A DNA stretch of 64,000 nt, from the NCBI RefSeq assembly GCF_001194135.2, contig NC_068983.1:50449833-50513832 (forward strand), in the 5' to 3' direction. Origin of the DNA: Octopus bimaculoides (Eukaryota). A program made the position numbers and the translations under genes. Positions 26,097 through 39,539 of this stretch are shown here, piece after piece. Numbering within the stretch: position 1 is the stretch's first letter; each line of letters begins with the position of its first letter. The notes below the pieces were generated by a model, which saw nothing but the letters and a program-made list of their open reading frames with translations, was not told the DNA's origin and searched no databases.

Positions 26097-28852
26097 CACT
26101 TCTTTATAACTTTTATTTTAAGAAATATACATGAACCTCATTTTGAAACTTTAAACTCCAAGTCAGAATATGAAAATCGTGCGTATGAAATAATGATATT
26201 TTTATTAAACGCTTCTTTCAATAGTTGCAGAGCGGTAGAGGAATTTACTAACAGTTCGTACATTCCTGAGTATTATCGTCTTACAAGACCTTTTATATAA
26301 CTGTTTTTACGAAAGTTTCCATACGATGCAAGTAGTCTTATTATAACTGTTCAGGTAAAAACTAAGAAGAACAACGGATCGTGTGTGCCTATAAGTGATA
26401 GCTTTGCTGGGTCACCCTGATTCTATCATAGAATGAACTTCACTGCGTGTCTGTTGAATAAACAGCTGCTTACATATCAAAATAAGGAGAACGTTCATCA
26501 TTTAATGGAACAGCTGAAAATCACTCTTTGAAAAGTCTATACCCATTACATTTTCCAGTGGGGTAGCATTAGTGCGTTAAATGAAGCAGCGCTTAACTTT
26601 GTTGAACCATTCTGGGCTTAGAGTCTATACAAGATAATAGAGCAGAATGAAAAGTGCAGCCCAAATTAAAACATTGACCGCGTCATTTCTCTTTTCCCCC
26701 ACCCACTGTAGCTACAGTACTTGTCCTTTTTTATGTTTTGGAAATGTTTTATAACAAAGAAGAGAGGAACTAACTGATATGAAATGTGCAACATCTTGAG
26801 AACACTTTAGAATATAGGAAATAATTATGTGTGTTCCAAATGTGAACAGCCTCTATTTCTGTACATTTAAGACTAGCTTGTTCTATGTGTGCTAAGTTTT
26901 GTTTGCCCTGAACTATCACATATTTTGACCGCTGCACTCTGTAATACATAGAAGCAATTAAAAAATGAATATCTATGTACATCCATAAAAATGAATAATT
27001 AATAGTTGCAGACATCGCTAAAAGGGGACATGTTTTGAGTTCTCAATGGGGAAAAATGTATTATGTCTTCCTAATGATCAGATTATTACAACATAGCTAC
27101 TTCACTTTGTAATTTACACTAACAGCGTAGTCTAAAACATTTCCATTTGTTTTGACTTCCATTTGTTTCGACTTAAGCAATATATATATTTTTTTTTACA
27201 AATCCGTTTAATATATGTAACATTTGCTATTGCTCACAACAGAACATGTGCAACATGTGGAAATATGTACCGTTCAGTTGTAGTAACGGTTCTTTCAGCG
27301 AGCCAGCCCAACTATACACTATATGCAATACAATGTGCAAATCATTGAAGGGGCTCAAGTGTCAGTGTCATACGAGGGCCTCACAGTGCATTATCGACGT
27401 CTCATTTCAGTGACATTTCCTAACATTGGCAATGGTCGTATACGAGAAAGCAGCCACTATATATGTGTATGTGTGAGCACGCGCGTGCGTAGGTGTTTAT
27501 GTGTATACGTATATATAGGCTAAGCCCTGATGCCGAAGCCATGGTGATATTTGTTTCGGCAGCTAATGATGGGAAGACATATTTCTTACGCTTGTTTGTG
27601 CAGTTTTTTTTTTATATCTGAGTCGCGATATTCCGAGTTGTCCATCGGATTAATAAAGTGTAAATTATTTGTGCTTTCATGGCTTTTGGAGATTAAGTAC
27701 ATTAATNNNNNNNNNNNNNNNNNNNNNNNNNNNNNNNNNNNNNNNNNNNNNNNNNNNNNNNNNNNNNNNNNNNNNNNNNNNNNNNNNNNNNNNNNNNNNN
27801 NNNNNNNNNNNNNNNNNNNNNNNNNNNNNNNNNNNNNNNNNNNNNNNNNNNNNNNNNNNNNNNNNNNNNNNNNNNNNNNNNNNNNNNNNNNNNNNNNNNN
27901 NNNNNNNNNNNNNNNNNNNNNNNNNNNNNNNNNNNNNNNNNNNNNNNNNNNNNNNNNNNNNNNNNNNATATATATATATATATATATATATACACATTTA
28001 TGTGCATATGTGTATATATATAAGTGTATATGTGTATGCAGTGTATATATGTGACGAAAACACACGTACACATACACTGAAACAATTAGACATACATGTA
28101 TATCGAGGTAGTTAGTATTCGTGAAAGTTTAAATATGAACACTCCATCATTTAACCAAAACTTGAGAGGACATTGTTATTGACTAGGAAATCTTAGAATT
28201 TAAAACGTTATATGATACTGAGAGAAAAGCTGTCACTAGACATTCTATGAAAAGTTTACAGAGAAAAATCTTAAGATACTATCAGTAGTCATAAATGTGT
28301 CACTTCTACCCAATATGTGCGGTCATCTTTGATAAGGATATATCATATGTAATGTAGTCAAAACGTATTCCAACACAGTCGCTGTATTCTTTGAAGGCAG
28401 CAATGAGTTTCTCTCGAATCACGTAATACTAAAATCAGGAAGCATGGCTCATACATACATATATTCTACTGCATACGTGAGAGTATAGTTTTTAGGCTCA
28501 GATTCAAATTCACAAATATTTAATGTACATAAACATAAACGCTACAAACTAGGGCACATACCATACCCCACGTGACTATCATATTCACAGCTACATCAAA
28601 CAACTGTACGAATTCTCATTTTGGTTAAGCTCTTTTTCAACTTGATCTATTCTACACGCATCCTCTCAAAATACGCGTATCAAACTGATATTAAAGCAGA
28701 AAAAACCCTTTGTAATTCATCATCTAATTATTTCATCTACAACCGCTGTAGAAAAATTATCCAAAAAAGGAATTCTCGACGATTTGTACTCCGAATGCTC
28801 TCATCCACAATGTGTGGTAGGTTCTCCCCAATAAAATTTCGCAACTCTAGTA

Positions 28853-29014
28853 CAGTAGTTCCCAAACAGTGATAGACGGAGCCCTGGTGGTCCGTGAACT
28901 AAATCCAAAATTTCATATATACATATACATAAGGATAAGCATATTAAAATGTGTTCATGGGAAAACTCATTTAAATAAAAGGGGTCCTTGTAGTGAAAAG
29001 GTTGGGAATCACTG
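28853..29014. mobile_element. hAT (Charlie-like) MITE
   Basis: TIRs cagtagttcccaaac / ggttgggaatcactg; subterminal ggtccgtga and ggggtccttg; left flank ctctagta fits the NTCTAGAN preference; right TSD degenerate. Confidence 0.7.
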
Positions 29015-29764
29015 ATCCATTGTATGGAAGAAAGTAATACGAAGAGAATCGTAATTTCATCACTGTTAACAACGACAGTGATAGCATCAATGATATAAAC
29101 GCCATATATATATATTTAAACCGTTACTTACCTTTTACATTAATGTAACTCCAACCCTGGTTAGCATAGATCTAATATACTATTCTTACATTACTAAATG
29201 GAACCTGATTATATAATAGATGTGAAACTTAGTAGATAGTCGCCTTTTAACCACGTTCATTATATTTTTATTCTCCTATCTTTTAAGAAGTGTATCAATA
29301 GATTTACTCGACTAATAATACAGACTTAGTAAAAGGAAAAACAAATCAAACGAAAAATAGAAACGAAATATCCGATAGACGTAAACAGAAACATACACAA
29401 AGGAAAAACATCTACATAAAGAAAATGAGAGAGAGAAAGAGAGAGGGAGAAAAAAAAGATGCGCACGAACTTTGTACAAACATATCCACTGAAAAGAAAA
29501 TGGCCACTCTTATCTCAAAATTTGGCTTATCAATTAAGAATTAAGTTTTTCTCTTCATTTAATATCACAAGTAAAGAAATTTATCAAGAATAATTGATGA
29601 CTTATTGTAAAACATTAATGTCACTTCGTGAACTTATGTTCTTTTCTGATTTTCCAACTTTTATTTAAGTTTGGCTGTAACTTCAGTTTAATACTAAAAT
29701 AATATAAAACATATATTTTATGCTACTACGTTTTAATATTCACAAAATAATATTTAAGGGAACT

Positions 29765-29976
29765 TAAGACGGCGAGCTGGCAGAAACGTTAGCATGCCGG
29801 GCGAAATGCTTAGCGGTATTTCGTCCGCCGTTACGTTCTGAGTTCAAATTCCACTGAGGTCTACTTTGCCTTTCATCCTTTCAAGGTCGATAATTTAAGT
29901 ACCAATTGCGTAATGAGGTCGGTCAAATCGACTAGCCCCCCCCCATTTCAGGCCTTGTGCCAAGAGCAGAAAACAG
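29765..29976 (+). mobile_element. SINE family A, full length with 14-bp TSD
   Basis: ggcgagctggcagaaacgttagc (A box), gagttcaaattcc (B box), gcctttcatcctttc..gtcgataa; perfect TSD tatttaagggaact at 29751-29764 and 29977-29990. Confidence 0.93.
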
Positions 29977-31179
29977 TATTTAAGGGAACTGATTTTATAT
30001 TATTCCTCAAATCCTTTCTTTATATAGTTATAGCTTATATTGGTGTCGTGTAGACGCCCCCAGGCGAAGAAGTAGGATCTTCCAAGACATAAATAGAGGT
30101 AGTCTAGCCGTGGTAGGGGTGTTGAGTAGCGGTTGAGTAGCAGTTGTGTAGTGGTTGAATAGAGATCATTCGAAGGTGCTAGATTGCAGTAGCTTTAGAC
30201 ATAACAATTGGGAAACTTACATTTCGATGATGTGAGTATTTGAAGGAAATATCAAGGTGGAAAATGTTCTTATCAGTTCCATTGGCAGTATTACATTATC
30301 CATCCATAAAATAATTAAATCTCTTCAGCTCAGTCAAACATGTACAAACAGTCGTTATCAAAATAAATAGATATGTCTTCAAAACATACGTCTCGATGTT
30401 CAGTGAATCTCAATATTTCACCTAAAAGAGTGATTGTAGCTATTTGTCCAACAAAAACACATTACTGGATTAGTTTCCCTTCAGGTATAAGACGGTTTGG
30501 CACATTCACTTGGTGTCATCTATTTCATGTCTCTTGCTAATTTGCCGTGAAAATCTTTAATGATTCTCTTGTTTTGCTGTCTCGCTCTTTTTCTCTCATT
30601 CTCTCTATCTTTTCCTCTCTATCAATTTCTCTCTCTTTCTCTCTCATTTTTACTCTCTCTCATTCTGCTTGTGCACGTGAGCATATTTCTGAATTCGTAG
30701 AATGAGAGGAACAATGATTCGCCAATCGCGTGGATTTGTTGCCACTGTAGCGTCATTGTTTTCCTTAGTCTCACCAGTCTCTGGCTAATGAGACATGATG
30801 ATGTGTAAACTTCGGTTCTTCCAGAGACACTAGCACTGAGCGTTGTTCTCCTGTGACGAAACATAGAAGAGATTGCATTATTCCCATTTGAATATGAATT
30901 GACATACAAAATATAATAACCAATCGTCATCCCTTTCTCTCTACCTCCCTCTTATACACAAATATATATATACATATATATATATATATTTATACACACA
31001 CGCACACACACGTACACATACATACACACATACACACACACACGCACACCCACATATATATATGTATATATATCTTTAAATGTACTTTTACACTATCACA
31101 ATTACACACAAAAATGCAAAATATATATATACATGTAAATAGATGTGTGTGCATATATGTATGTATGCCACCTACACTT

Positions 31180-31234
<55 letters not shown>

Positions 31235-32039
31235 ACATATACACTGAACGTAGAAACATGTGGCAATGAAGGAAAATGCTCACCACCCAACCACAACATA
31301 CGTACATACATACATACATATATGCACATACTCACACTTTAACACTCACATGTACACACACAATCTAACACAGACAGACATATAAGTTTGAGATAAATAG
31401 CTGGTTAGATAGATAGATAAATAGACAATGTGTGTGCGTGTTTGTGTGACGAAACGTTGTGCAAAACGTATGAAATTCAGTAATGCGTCAACGCAGCAAA
31501 TTTATCAATATCCCGTAATGTTTTTTTGTTTAACAATAAACCGCAGTGTATCAGTACCGTCAATCTATAAATATATTTACTTTGTTGAATATCGCAATTA
31601 TGTTTATAGGTTACAGATTTTATCTATCTCCTTATTTCCAGACATTTTGAATTCGATATATTCTGATTATACTTTGAAAGCATCGAAATGCAAAATCATT
31701 AATTTTTGTGAATTTTGTTTATAAAAATTTGACATTTAATCTCCTTTGAATATAAATTCATAATTCTGCTTCAGATAGAGCAGGAACTTCTATTTTTGTT
31801 GGAAACTTAATGTTTGACATCGAATCATTTCTGGTTTTCATTATTTTTTCACCATAGTTAATAAACTTTATTCATGCAGGGTTGTTCGTCACTATTACGC
31901 TTTCTAAAATACCACGAAATATATGCATTTTTGAATGTATAAATATTAGTTTACATGTAATCAAGAACACAGTAAAGTATTCCTAGAAATGCACTGTAAA
32001 CTTATTCTGGTTCAATATTTTATGTAGTGTAATGTAATA

Positions 32040-32458
32040 AAGGTGGCGATTTGGTAGAATCGTTTGTATGCCTGGCGAAATACTTAGCGGCATTTCATCC
32101 GACCTTTTGTTCTGAGTTCAAATTCTGTCGAGGTCGAATTTCCTTTTCATCCTTTCAGCTCGATGAAGTAAGTTTTAGTTGACCACTGGGTCAATGCAAT
32201 CCACTTACCCGCTCCCCGAAATTGCCGGCCTTGAGCCAAAATTTAAAATCAGTATTTTACTTAATGTGAAGGGCAGCGAACTGAGATACTCAGTAGGACG
32301 ACGGGCAAAATGCATAGCGTTATTTCGTTCGTCTTCAAATTTTTAATTCATCCTCCCGTGAAGTCGACTTTCCATTTCATCCGTTCGAGGTCGATGAGAT
32401 AAGTACCAGTTGAACGGCGAAACTGCTAGCCTTGTGCCAATATTTGAAAGCGATATTT
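32040..32458 (+). mobile_element. Two tandem SINE family A copies (32040-32255, 32268-32458)
   Basis: Both carry head and central domain; ttaatgtg flanks the second copy on both sides. Confidence 0.85.
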
Positions 32459-35446
32459 CATTTAATGTGCAAGAAGTATTCGTTACGATAAAAGCTATTA
32501 TTTGTACGGTTTTAGTGCACATATCATAATCGTTGTATGGCAATGAATAAAGTAAACTTAGATACACACAATGACAGACAAAATTCATTGGAATAGTGAA
32601 AATGTAGGGGAAGATGCAAAGTCCAGATCAATTGTAGTAGAGGGTATACAAATAAAACCAGTCCGATTATCCGACAGTCTGGTTTATTGAGAAAGACCTG
32701 TGTGGTCACATTTCTATTGTGAATGTCGACAGTTCTTTTACATTCTTGCTTCGTCATTTATTTCTGTCTTGAGTATGATTTTCGAGCGTCTCAAAGCATA
32801 GCTCATTGCTTACTGCATAGCCATGTTCCAGAAAATCTAGGTAATCGACGCCGCTGTCAACCCACTAAACAGTCACCAAAGCATTATTAGGTGATCGCTA
32901 GCTCTTGAAATTGTTAAAGCTAGTAAATGAGGTGTGACGCTATTTCACCAATGAATATTTGTTTAATAATAAACGATGTTTCCACATTACATCCATTGTC
33001 ATGAGACCGGAAAAATTGTGTCTACATTGTTTTAGCATATTTCTAAAAATCAGACCAGAATATTCTCCTTCTTCAAATCAGCTGTCAGCCGCTGATGTAC
33101 CAACTATGAATGTAATTTTCCTTACCCAAGTTCCTGCGTCCTCTCTAATGCATAATAATTATAGTTATAATGATGCTAATTTAATAAAAGTATGTAAAGC
33201 ATGTTCTCGATTGTGACATTCTATATGCATGAATCATTATTTCGATATGAGTTCGAAACGGTTGCAGTGGTTGGTGGTCACGCACTGCGTTGTTTTTATT
33301 CAATACCAGACTTCTGAAGATATTCATTTAACTGTGAATGTACGTCTACTGAATGTTGTGAATTCTGTAAATGGACTGTGGCCGTCCCTCCTCAGCAACT
33401 CAACAGTGGCATCGTGCTTCTGATTAGACACCACACTTACATACATTAAGTGACACAACGCATATGTTTAATATACATCTAAAATTAAAAACAAATGTAT
33501 AGCTATCAATAAGCATATACATGTACACACGAACGTAGGCTCACTTTCGCACATACAACAATCTTCAATTCTACTTTCATCTCTCTTTGAATCGGGCATT
33601 TTTATTTTCCTCTTTCACTAAATTGCACATACAACTGTCGTGGAGATTGTTGTAAAAACACGTTATACATAACTTTCCCTTTTACCAGTCCTCCGCAGTA
33701 CAACAGGAGATCTCTAATATATTCCTTTTTATATCCACCCCAGGTTAAACTACTGTACGTGTGCGGAAAATGTCTGAAGTTATCCCTTTAGAAACTTACA
33801 AAAATTATTTGTCTTTGAATTTTACATGAATTCTAACGCAGGCATTGCCATACTCACATGCATTAATAAATAGATGAATAGATAGATGCATATGTGTGAG
33901 TGTGGCGGGGGTGTACGAACAACAAATGCTTTCCTCTTTCTTTCCGTCACTTGGCCTTTCTCCTCTTGCTTCTGGTTCATACAGTATGTTCTCTCTCAGT
34001 GAAGTAACTTTGCCACGTATCAATCGCCTCCTCTATATCTTGTTTGCATGAAGCTTCTTGCTAGTCGTGTTTAACATAGAGCGATGTACAAACATCAAAT
34101 GTCGTCTCCAGTCAGGCATATTTCGATGTTAAGTGACTGAAGTACACTTTATAGACTTATCAAATAGATTACAAATGATTTATCTAAGATGATAGTTGTT
34201 TGAATCACGCTTAAAGTAGTGTTTTACTACCAAAGTACTATACTTTTACAACGAAAAAATGTTTTATGTTTTCTACATTTTCATCAAACCTGCTAAGAAG
34301 AGTAACGTTTTCATCGTCAGATAACAGTCTTACATCATGTAGTAATTTCCAGAATCTTGTAGTTTTAATTCATCCTCAGGCAGAAACAACGTGACAAACA
34401 GCATGACAAGGCTGGTCTTTTGAATTACAGCTACAGATTGTTAGGTTCCAAGGTTGTTTTGGTGAACAATTCTTAATTCTAAAATACAATTCATATGAGA
34501 TTGGTAAGTCAGAACAAAATGAACAAATACGTATTGCTGTCTATTTCACTTTCATAACAAATATTTTATTGAGAACGTTTAATCCGTATCGTTTAACCAG
34601 ATTGAAATATACCGAGTATTGATTTATAGATCTCATGCCGTCTAACACTATTGAAATATATTTGATTAATTTATTCAGGAAGCTGTTTGTTTCACTGTTA
34701 CCGACAGTGATTCCATTGAGTTATGTAAACTTATGATACATCACAGTTAGACATAAGCTCAGTGGAGTGCTATAGTCGCATCTATTGAATATTAGTTGAG
34801 AAGAATTTAAAATTATATGGCGAGATTACTGCTGGAAACTGTTTGTTACTATGCTTTTGGTAACCTTTGATGATTTGAATTTGGAATTGAAATAAACGAC
34901 TTCACTCAAGATTTCCAATCGCAGTTTCAGCTGCTCTGTTTGTACAATGTATTGCATAGCCGTGTTTGATAAATGTGCTGATTCGAGAATCAATAGTTGA
35001 CTAGAAATCCTATATGGTAATTCTACTATCCTTCCAAAAATATAGCAAATATATTTATCGGTTTGATAATAATACTAAATGTACCTATATATATATTTTT
35101 GAGGTATTATAAGCAATAAGCTTGATTTTGAATTATACAGTAGAAAGAACATTATGATGAAATATTTTAAAGAAATATAATAAAAGTATACAAAGTTTTA
35201 TTTCGGACCTCATTATGACATTGAATATGTGATATTAATGTTAACGATCGCTTTGAATTTTATATGCATATATATATAAATAATGAACGTGGCTGGAAGA
35301 GATTAAAAAGCCAAAAGGAAATAATTCCCCGTCACTAAATGTGACCAAGGGTGCAGTAACAATAGGAGTCTGAGGGCTCCTTGACTTCAATTTCTAGCAA
35401 TGCTGATGCAGTTGTCCCCTTCGTCACTTTTAGTGACGGTGAATTC

Positions 35447-35479
<33 letters not shown>

Positions 35480-35744
35480 ATATGTGTTTCTNNNNNNNNN
35501 NTGTGTGTGTGTGTCTGTGTGTATTGTTCTATTTCGGGATGGTCATTTTGTTTCTTGCATTGTACACACATGCACTGTTGGACATTTTGATCAGGGTCCG
35601 TATGATCATAGAGAGGAAATAGGAGATTCTGTGGTTACTGGAAACTTTGGCAAGAAAAGACCACCCCGAAATATAACAATATCCTTATCAAACTGTTTAG
35701 ATCCATACATGGACCACCCAATAAATGTGTTGAGTGCATTTCTT

Positions 35745-35878
35745 TCGTTTGTCCATTCACAAGGCTTTGGTCGACCCGAGGCTATATTAGAAGACACTTA
35801 CCCAATATGCCATGCACTGGGACTGAACCCGGAACCATGTGGCTCGTAAGCAAGCTACTTACCACACAGTCACGGCCA
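35745..35878 (-). mobile_element. SINE family B, 5' part (tRNA head plus CORE-like domain)
   Basis: Reverse complement gives gtgtggtaagtagcttgc...catggttccgggttcagtcccagtgcatggcatattgggtaagtgtcttct, matching 61620-61712. Confidence 0.85.
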
Positions 35879-36110
35879 TGACCTAGTGAGTAGGGAGCAC
35901 GAGGTCATGGCGTCAGTTCATAGACCGGGTGGTGCGTTGTGTTCTTGAGCAAAACACTTCATCACATGTTGTTATAATATCACTTTGACACCTGACCCGT
36001 GATACACTAGGCACTTTTCAGGCAACGTTGATTTGATGAAGGGTTTGAGCTAATGTAAATCACCACTATTTGATCATTATAAGCAAATCACCTTTGGAGG
36101 TCATTCTACA
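35875..36110 (+). mobile_element. Third tRNA-derived SINE family, head-to-head with the previous copy
   Basis: catgacctagtg A-box-like start and CORE-like gttgtgttcttgagcaaaacactt; the rest is assigned from recalled octopus repeats. Confidence 0.55.
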
Positions 36111-36645
36111 AAAAGCTGTACAATCATGCATCATTCCCCAACTTAATGCAGTTACAGAGAAAAAGACTGAGATATAAATAAATGTGTTTATGCTTTCTCA
36201 TCACCATTCTTGAAACGGTCTTCCATCAAAAAATGATCACTCCCTGCATATTTAGCTCATTGTGCATTGCTCTAACGATAATTATTTTGAGAAACTCGCT
36301 CTTATATTATGCAAAATTAAAACTGAAGCGATAACAACTGGAAATGCGTATTTCCTAACAAGATTTTAATTTACGAGAAAATGCAAATAAATTCGTTGTC
36401 CCAACCCACTACATTTTCCATTGTCGATTCTTCTTTGTAATTATTTTCCTACAGTTCGTGTTGCAACGCTCTACAAAAGACAAATCGTTTCCCTCGAAAA
36501 TTATCAAGTTTGATATCGATATAATAACGGTCCTCCAGCATGGTCACAGCCATTGGTTTGTAAGATAAAAGAATAAAAAAAAGAAATAAGTAGATGAGGT
36601 AATTTGTGTTGTATATCGTTTTACCCTTTATTAAGGCCCCACCAT

Positions 36646-36818
36646 CAGTTGACAAGCGATGGTGGGGGTACAGAGGCTATAATGGAAGTGACTTGTCAAA
36701 GATGCCACGCAGTAAGACTGAACTCGGAACCATGTAAGTACGGAGCAAACATTTTACCACACATCAATGCCTGCGCATCCACACACATCCACACCAGTGC
36801 CTGTGTCATCTTGTGTTA
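36646..36818 (-). repeat. Left arm of 173-bp inverted duplication (SINE B head plus 40 bp flank)
   Basis: Reverse complement of 39540-39712 with 3 mismatches; the ORF track gives near-identical peptides at 36604 (+) and 39491 (-). Confidence 0.95.
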
Positions 36819-37482
36819 ACTGCCATAAGGAAGGCCGTAAGACATGGCCCGACTGGAGACTTGCCCGTTCCTCTGCAGCGTAGGTAATGTCTTTGATGCA
36901 CACACTGCCTTTCACAATGTGTGAAACCAGACGACACTCTAAATTTATACTTTGAATCAACAGCTGTCTGAATTACTTCCGCAAAAATTTGAGCTAACGA
37001 CTTTCATTCACAATGTGAGAGACGAAGCCTGCCCAAAGCAATGTATTTATACGGTACTTACGATCTTAACTAATTTACACTCAGCCAATCTTACTGTATA
37101 GCTAATATAGTGACATCAATGTTGATAAAATGATAAAGAGTTTATTAAAATTCTGTTAGAAGTAATCAACGTTACACTGTTAACATAAAGTCACTAGTTT
37201 CAACTAAGTGTAACCATTTGAATTTTGTTTTGTATTAAAACAGGAAATGTTGGCGATTGTCCTACAGGATATACGTAAATTAGAGAAGCTAATGGAAATG
37301 TTAACGTAGGTAATTTTATACTTATGTGTGTGTGTGTGTCACAAAGAGAGTGTGTGTGTGTGCGCGCGCGTATACAAATATGCCTATATATATTCACACG
37401 TATACATATATATATACATCTATTTCATGTGCGTGTGTGTGTATGAGTGTGTGTGCTTATAATATAAACTTATATATATATA

Positions 37483-37610
37483 TCTATACTATATATAAAA
37501 CAGAGATGTGTGTGTAATCGCTTTTCACGTGAAATCGACTTCACCAAATTCTTCCATACTTGTAATGCATGAATAATTTGACCTCGGATAAATCTTAGGC
37601 TCTTCATTTG
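37483..37610 (+). mobile_element. Probable non-autonomous Helitron 5' terminus
   Basis: A|TCTATACTATATATAAAACAGAGATGTGTGTG...gaaatcgacttcaccaaattcttcc...ggataaatcttaggct follows the Lep1-like Helitron 5' architecture; no CTAG 3' end found. Confidence 0.5.
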
Positions 37611-38524
37611 ATTTTTTTAATTAAAAATAAATAATATTGCTTTATATTTAAGATTCACTTCTTTAAAAAGGTTCCTCAATGTCAACTTCCGGTATTGACG
37701 TAACAACCGCAAAAAGCTTCACTTTCTATTTTCTGTGTGAGTGTGTGTATGAGAGAGAGAGAGAGAGAGTAAATACTACATACACACCGCTCTCTCACTC
37801 TGTCTCACACACATACACACGAACACACACACACCTTGACTCACTCACACTGTGTCTCTTACAAGCACACACATACATAAATGTATACAAACATATTCAC
37901 AAAGACACACGTGTGTATGCGCACGCGTGCGTGTTTGTAAGATACATAGTGTGAGTGAGTCAAGGGCTGTGTTGTCATATGCATACATTCAAAGATGTAT
38001 GTATATTTATGCATGTACGTATACGTGACAACAAACCTCTCTCTCACTCACACTCCGTCTCNNNNNNNNNNGAGTAAATACTACATACACACCGCTCTCT
38101 CACTCTGTCTCACACACATACACACGAACACACACACACCTTGACTCACTCACACTGTGTCTCTTACAAGCACACACATACATAAATGTATACAAACATA
38201 TTCACAAAGACACACGTGTGTATGCGCACGCGTGCGTGTTTGTAAGATACATAGTGTGAGTGAGTCAAGGGCTGTGTTGTCATATGCATACATTCAAAGA
38301 TGTATGTATATTTATGCATGTACGTATACGTGACAACAAACCTCTCTCTCACTCACACTCCGTCTCTTACAAACACACACATACACACATGTATACAAAC
38401 ATATTTACAAAGACACACATGTGTATGCGTGCGCGCGTGCGTGCTTGGGAGGGGGCTCCACAATCGCCATTTATTTAAATTACTCTTGTGAGGATATTCA
38501 CGTAAATCATTTATTTTCATTTAA

Positions 38525-38823
38525 TCATCATCATCATCATCATCGTTTAACGTCCGCTTTCCATTCTAGCATGGGTTGGGTGATTTGACTGAGGACTGGT
38601 GAAACCGGATGGCAACACCAGGCTCCAATCTAATTTGGCAGAGTTTCTACACTTGGATGCCCTTCCTAAGGCCAACCACTCAGAGAATGTAGTGGGTGTT
38701 TTTACGTGTCACCCGCACGAAGGCCAGTCAGGCGGTACTGGCAACGGCCACGCTCGAAATGGTGTATTTTATGTGCCACCCGCACAAGAGCCAGTCCAAG
38801 GGCACTGGCAACGATCCCCATTT
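38525..38823 (-). mobile_element. SINE with (GAT)n tail and internal ~65-bp tandem subrepeat
   Basis: (ATC)n then gtttaacgtccgctttccattctagcatggg...ggatgcccttcctaaggccaacc; two subrepeats of the form tgYcacccgcac..gccagtc....gg.actggcaacg; runs into a gap. Confidence 0.7.
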
Positions 38824-39163
38824 NNNNNNNNNNNNNNNNNNNNNNNNNNNNNNNNNNNNNNNNNNNNNNNNNNNNNNNNNNNNNNNNNNNNNNNNNNNNN
38901 NNNNNNNNNNNNNNNNNNNNNNNNNNNNNNNNNNNNNNNNNNNNNNNNNNNNNNNNNNNNNNNNNNNNNNNNNNNNNNNNNNNNNNNNNNNNNNNNNNNN
39001 NNNNNNNNNNNNNNNNNNNNNNNNNNNNNNNNNNNNNNNNNNNNNNNNNNNNNNNNNNNNNNNNNNNNNNNNNNNNNNNNNNNNNNNNNNNNNNNNNNNN
39101 NNNNNNNNNNNNNNNNNNNNNNNNNNNNNNNNNNNNNNNNNNNNNNNNNNNNNNNNNNNNATA

Positions 39164-39200
<37 letters not shown>

Positions 39201-39539
39201 TCACACGTATGTATACATATATATAATTCATACGTATGCATGTTTCCGTGTTTGTGTGTGTATGTGTGTGTTTTGTGTGTATGTGCGTTTTTGTGTATGT
39301 GCGTTTCTGTGTATGTGTGTGGTGTGTATGTGCAAGTATGTGTGTGTGTGTGTGTATGTGTGAGTGTGTATGCATATATTAGGAAAATGTTGCTTCAAAC
39401 AGATGTAATTTTTTGAAATGCACATAATGCCGTGGTGGAATTGCATTCTTGGATGAGTTCTTATTTCTTCCCAAAGAAAATGCTACGCCGTTATTTTATA
39501 TCTCTATTCAAAAAATCCTTAACAATCCAATTGATGAGA

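Noticed and set aside
29765-29860. tRNA-like A and B boxes here and in other SINE heads
   Set aside because: No cloverleaf or acceptor stem, and they continue into SINE body and tail; not tRNA genes.
30697-30790. Short signal-peptide-like ORF MRGTMIRQSRGFVATVASLFSLVSPVSG*; similarly MTRWTSWCLALASVALRR* near 15530
   Set aside because: Both terminate immediately with no convincing splice donor; expected by chance.
33315-33350. CTGAAGA followed by a 5-bp hairpin (attca/tgaat)
   Set aside because: Followed by GTAC rather than GAAA; the catalytic core is incomplete.
37767-38366. Apparent ~295-bp perfect tandem duplication (offset 305) giving two identical ORFs
   Set aside because: The copies are identical and abut a 10-N gap (38062-38071), the signature of an unmerged contig overlap; probably an assembly artefact.
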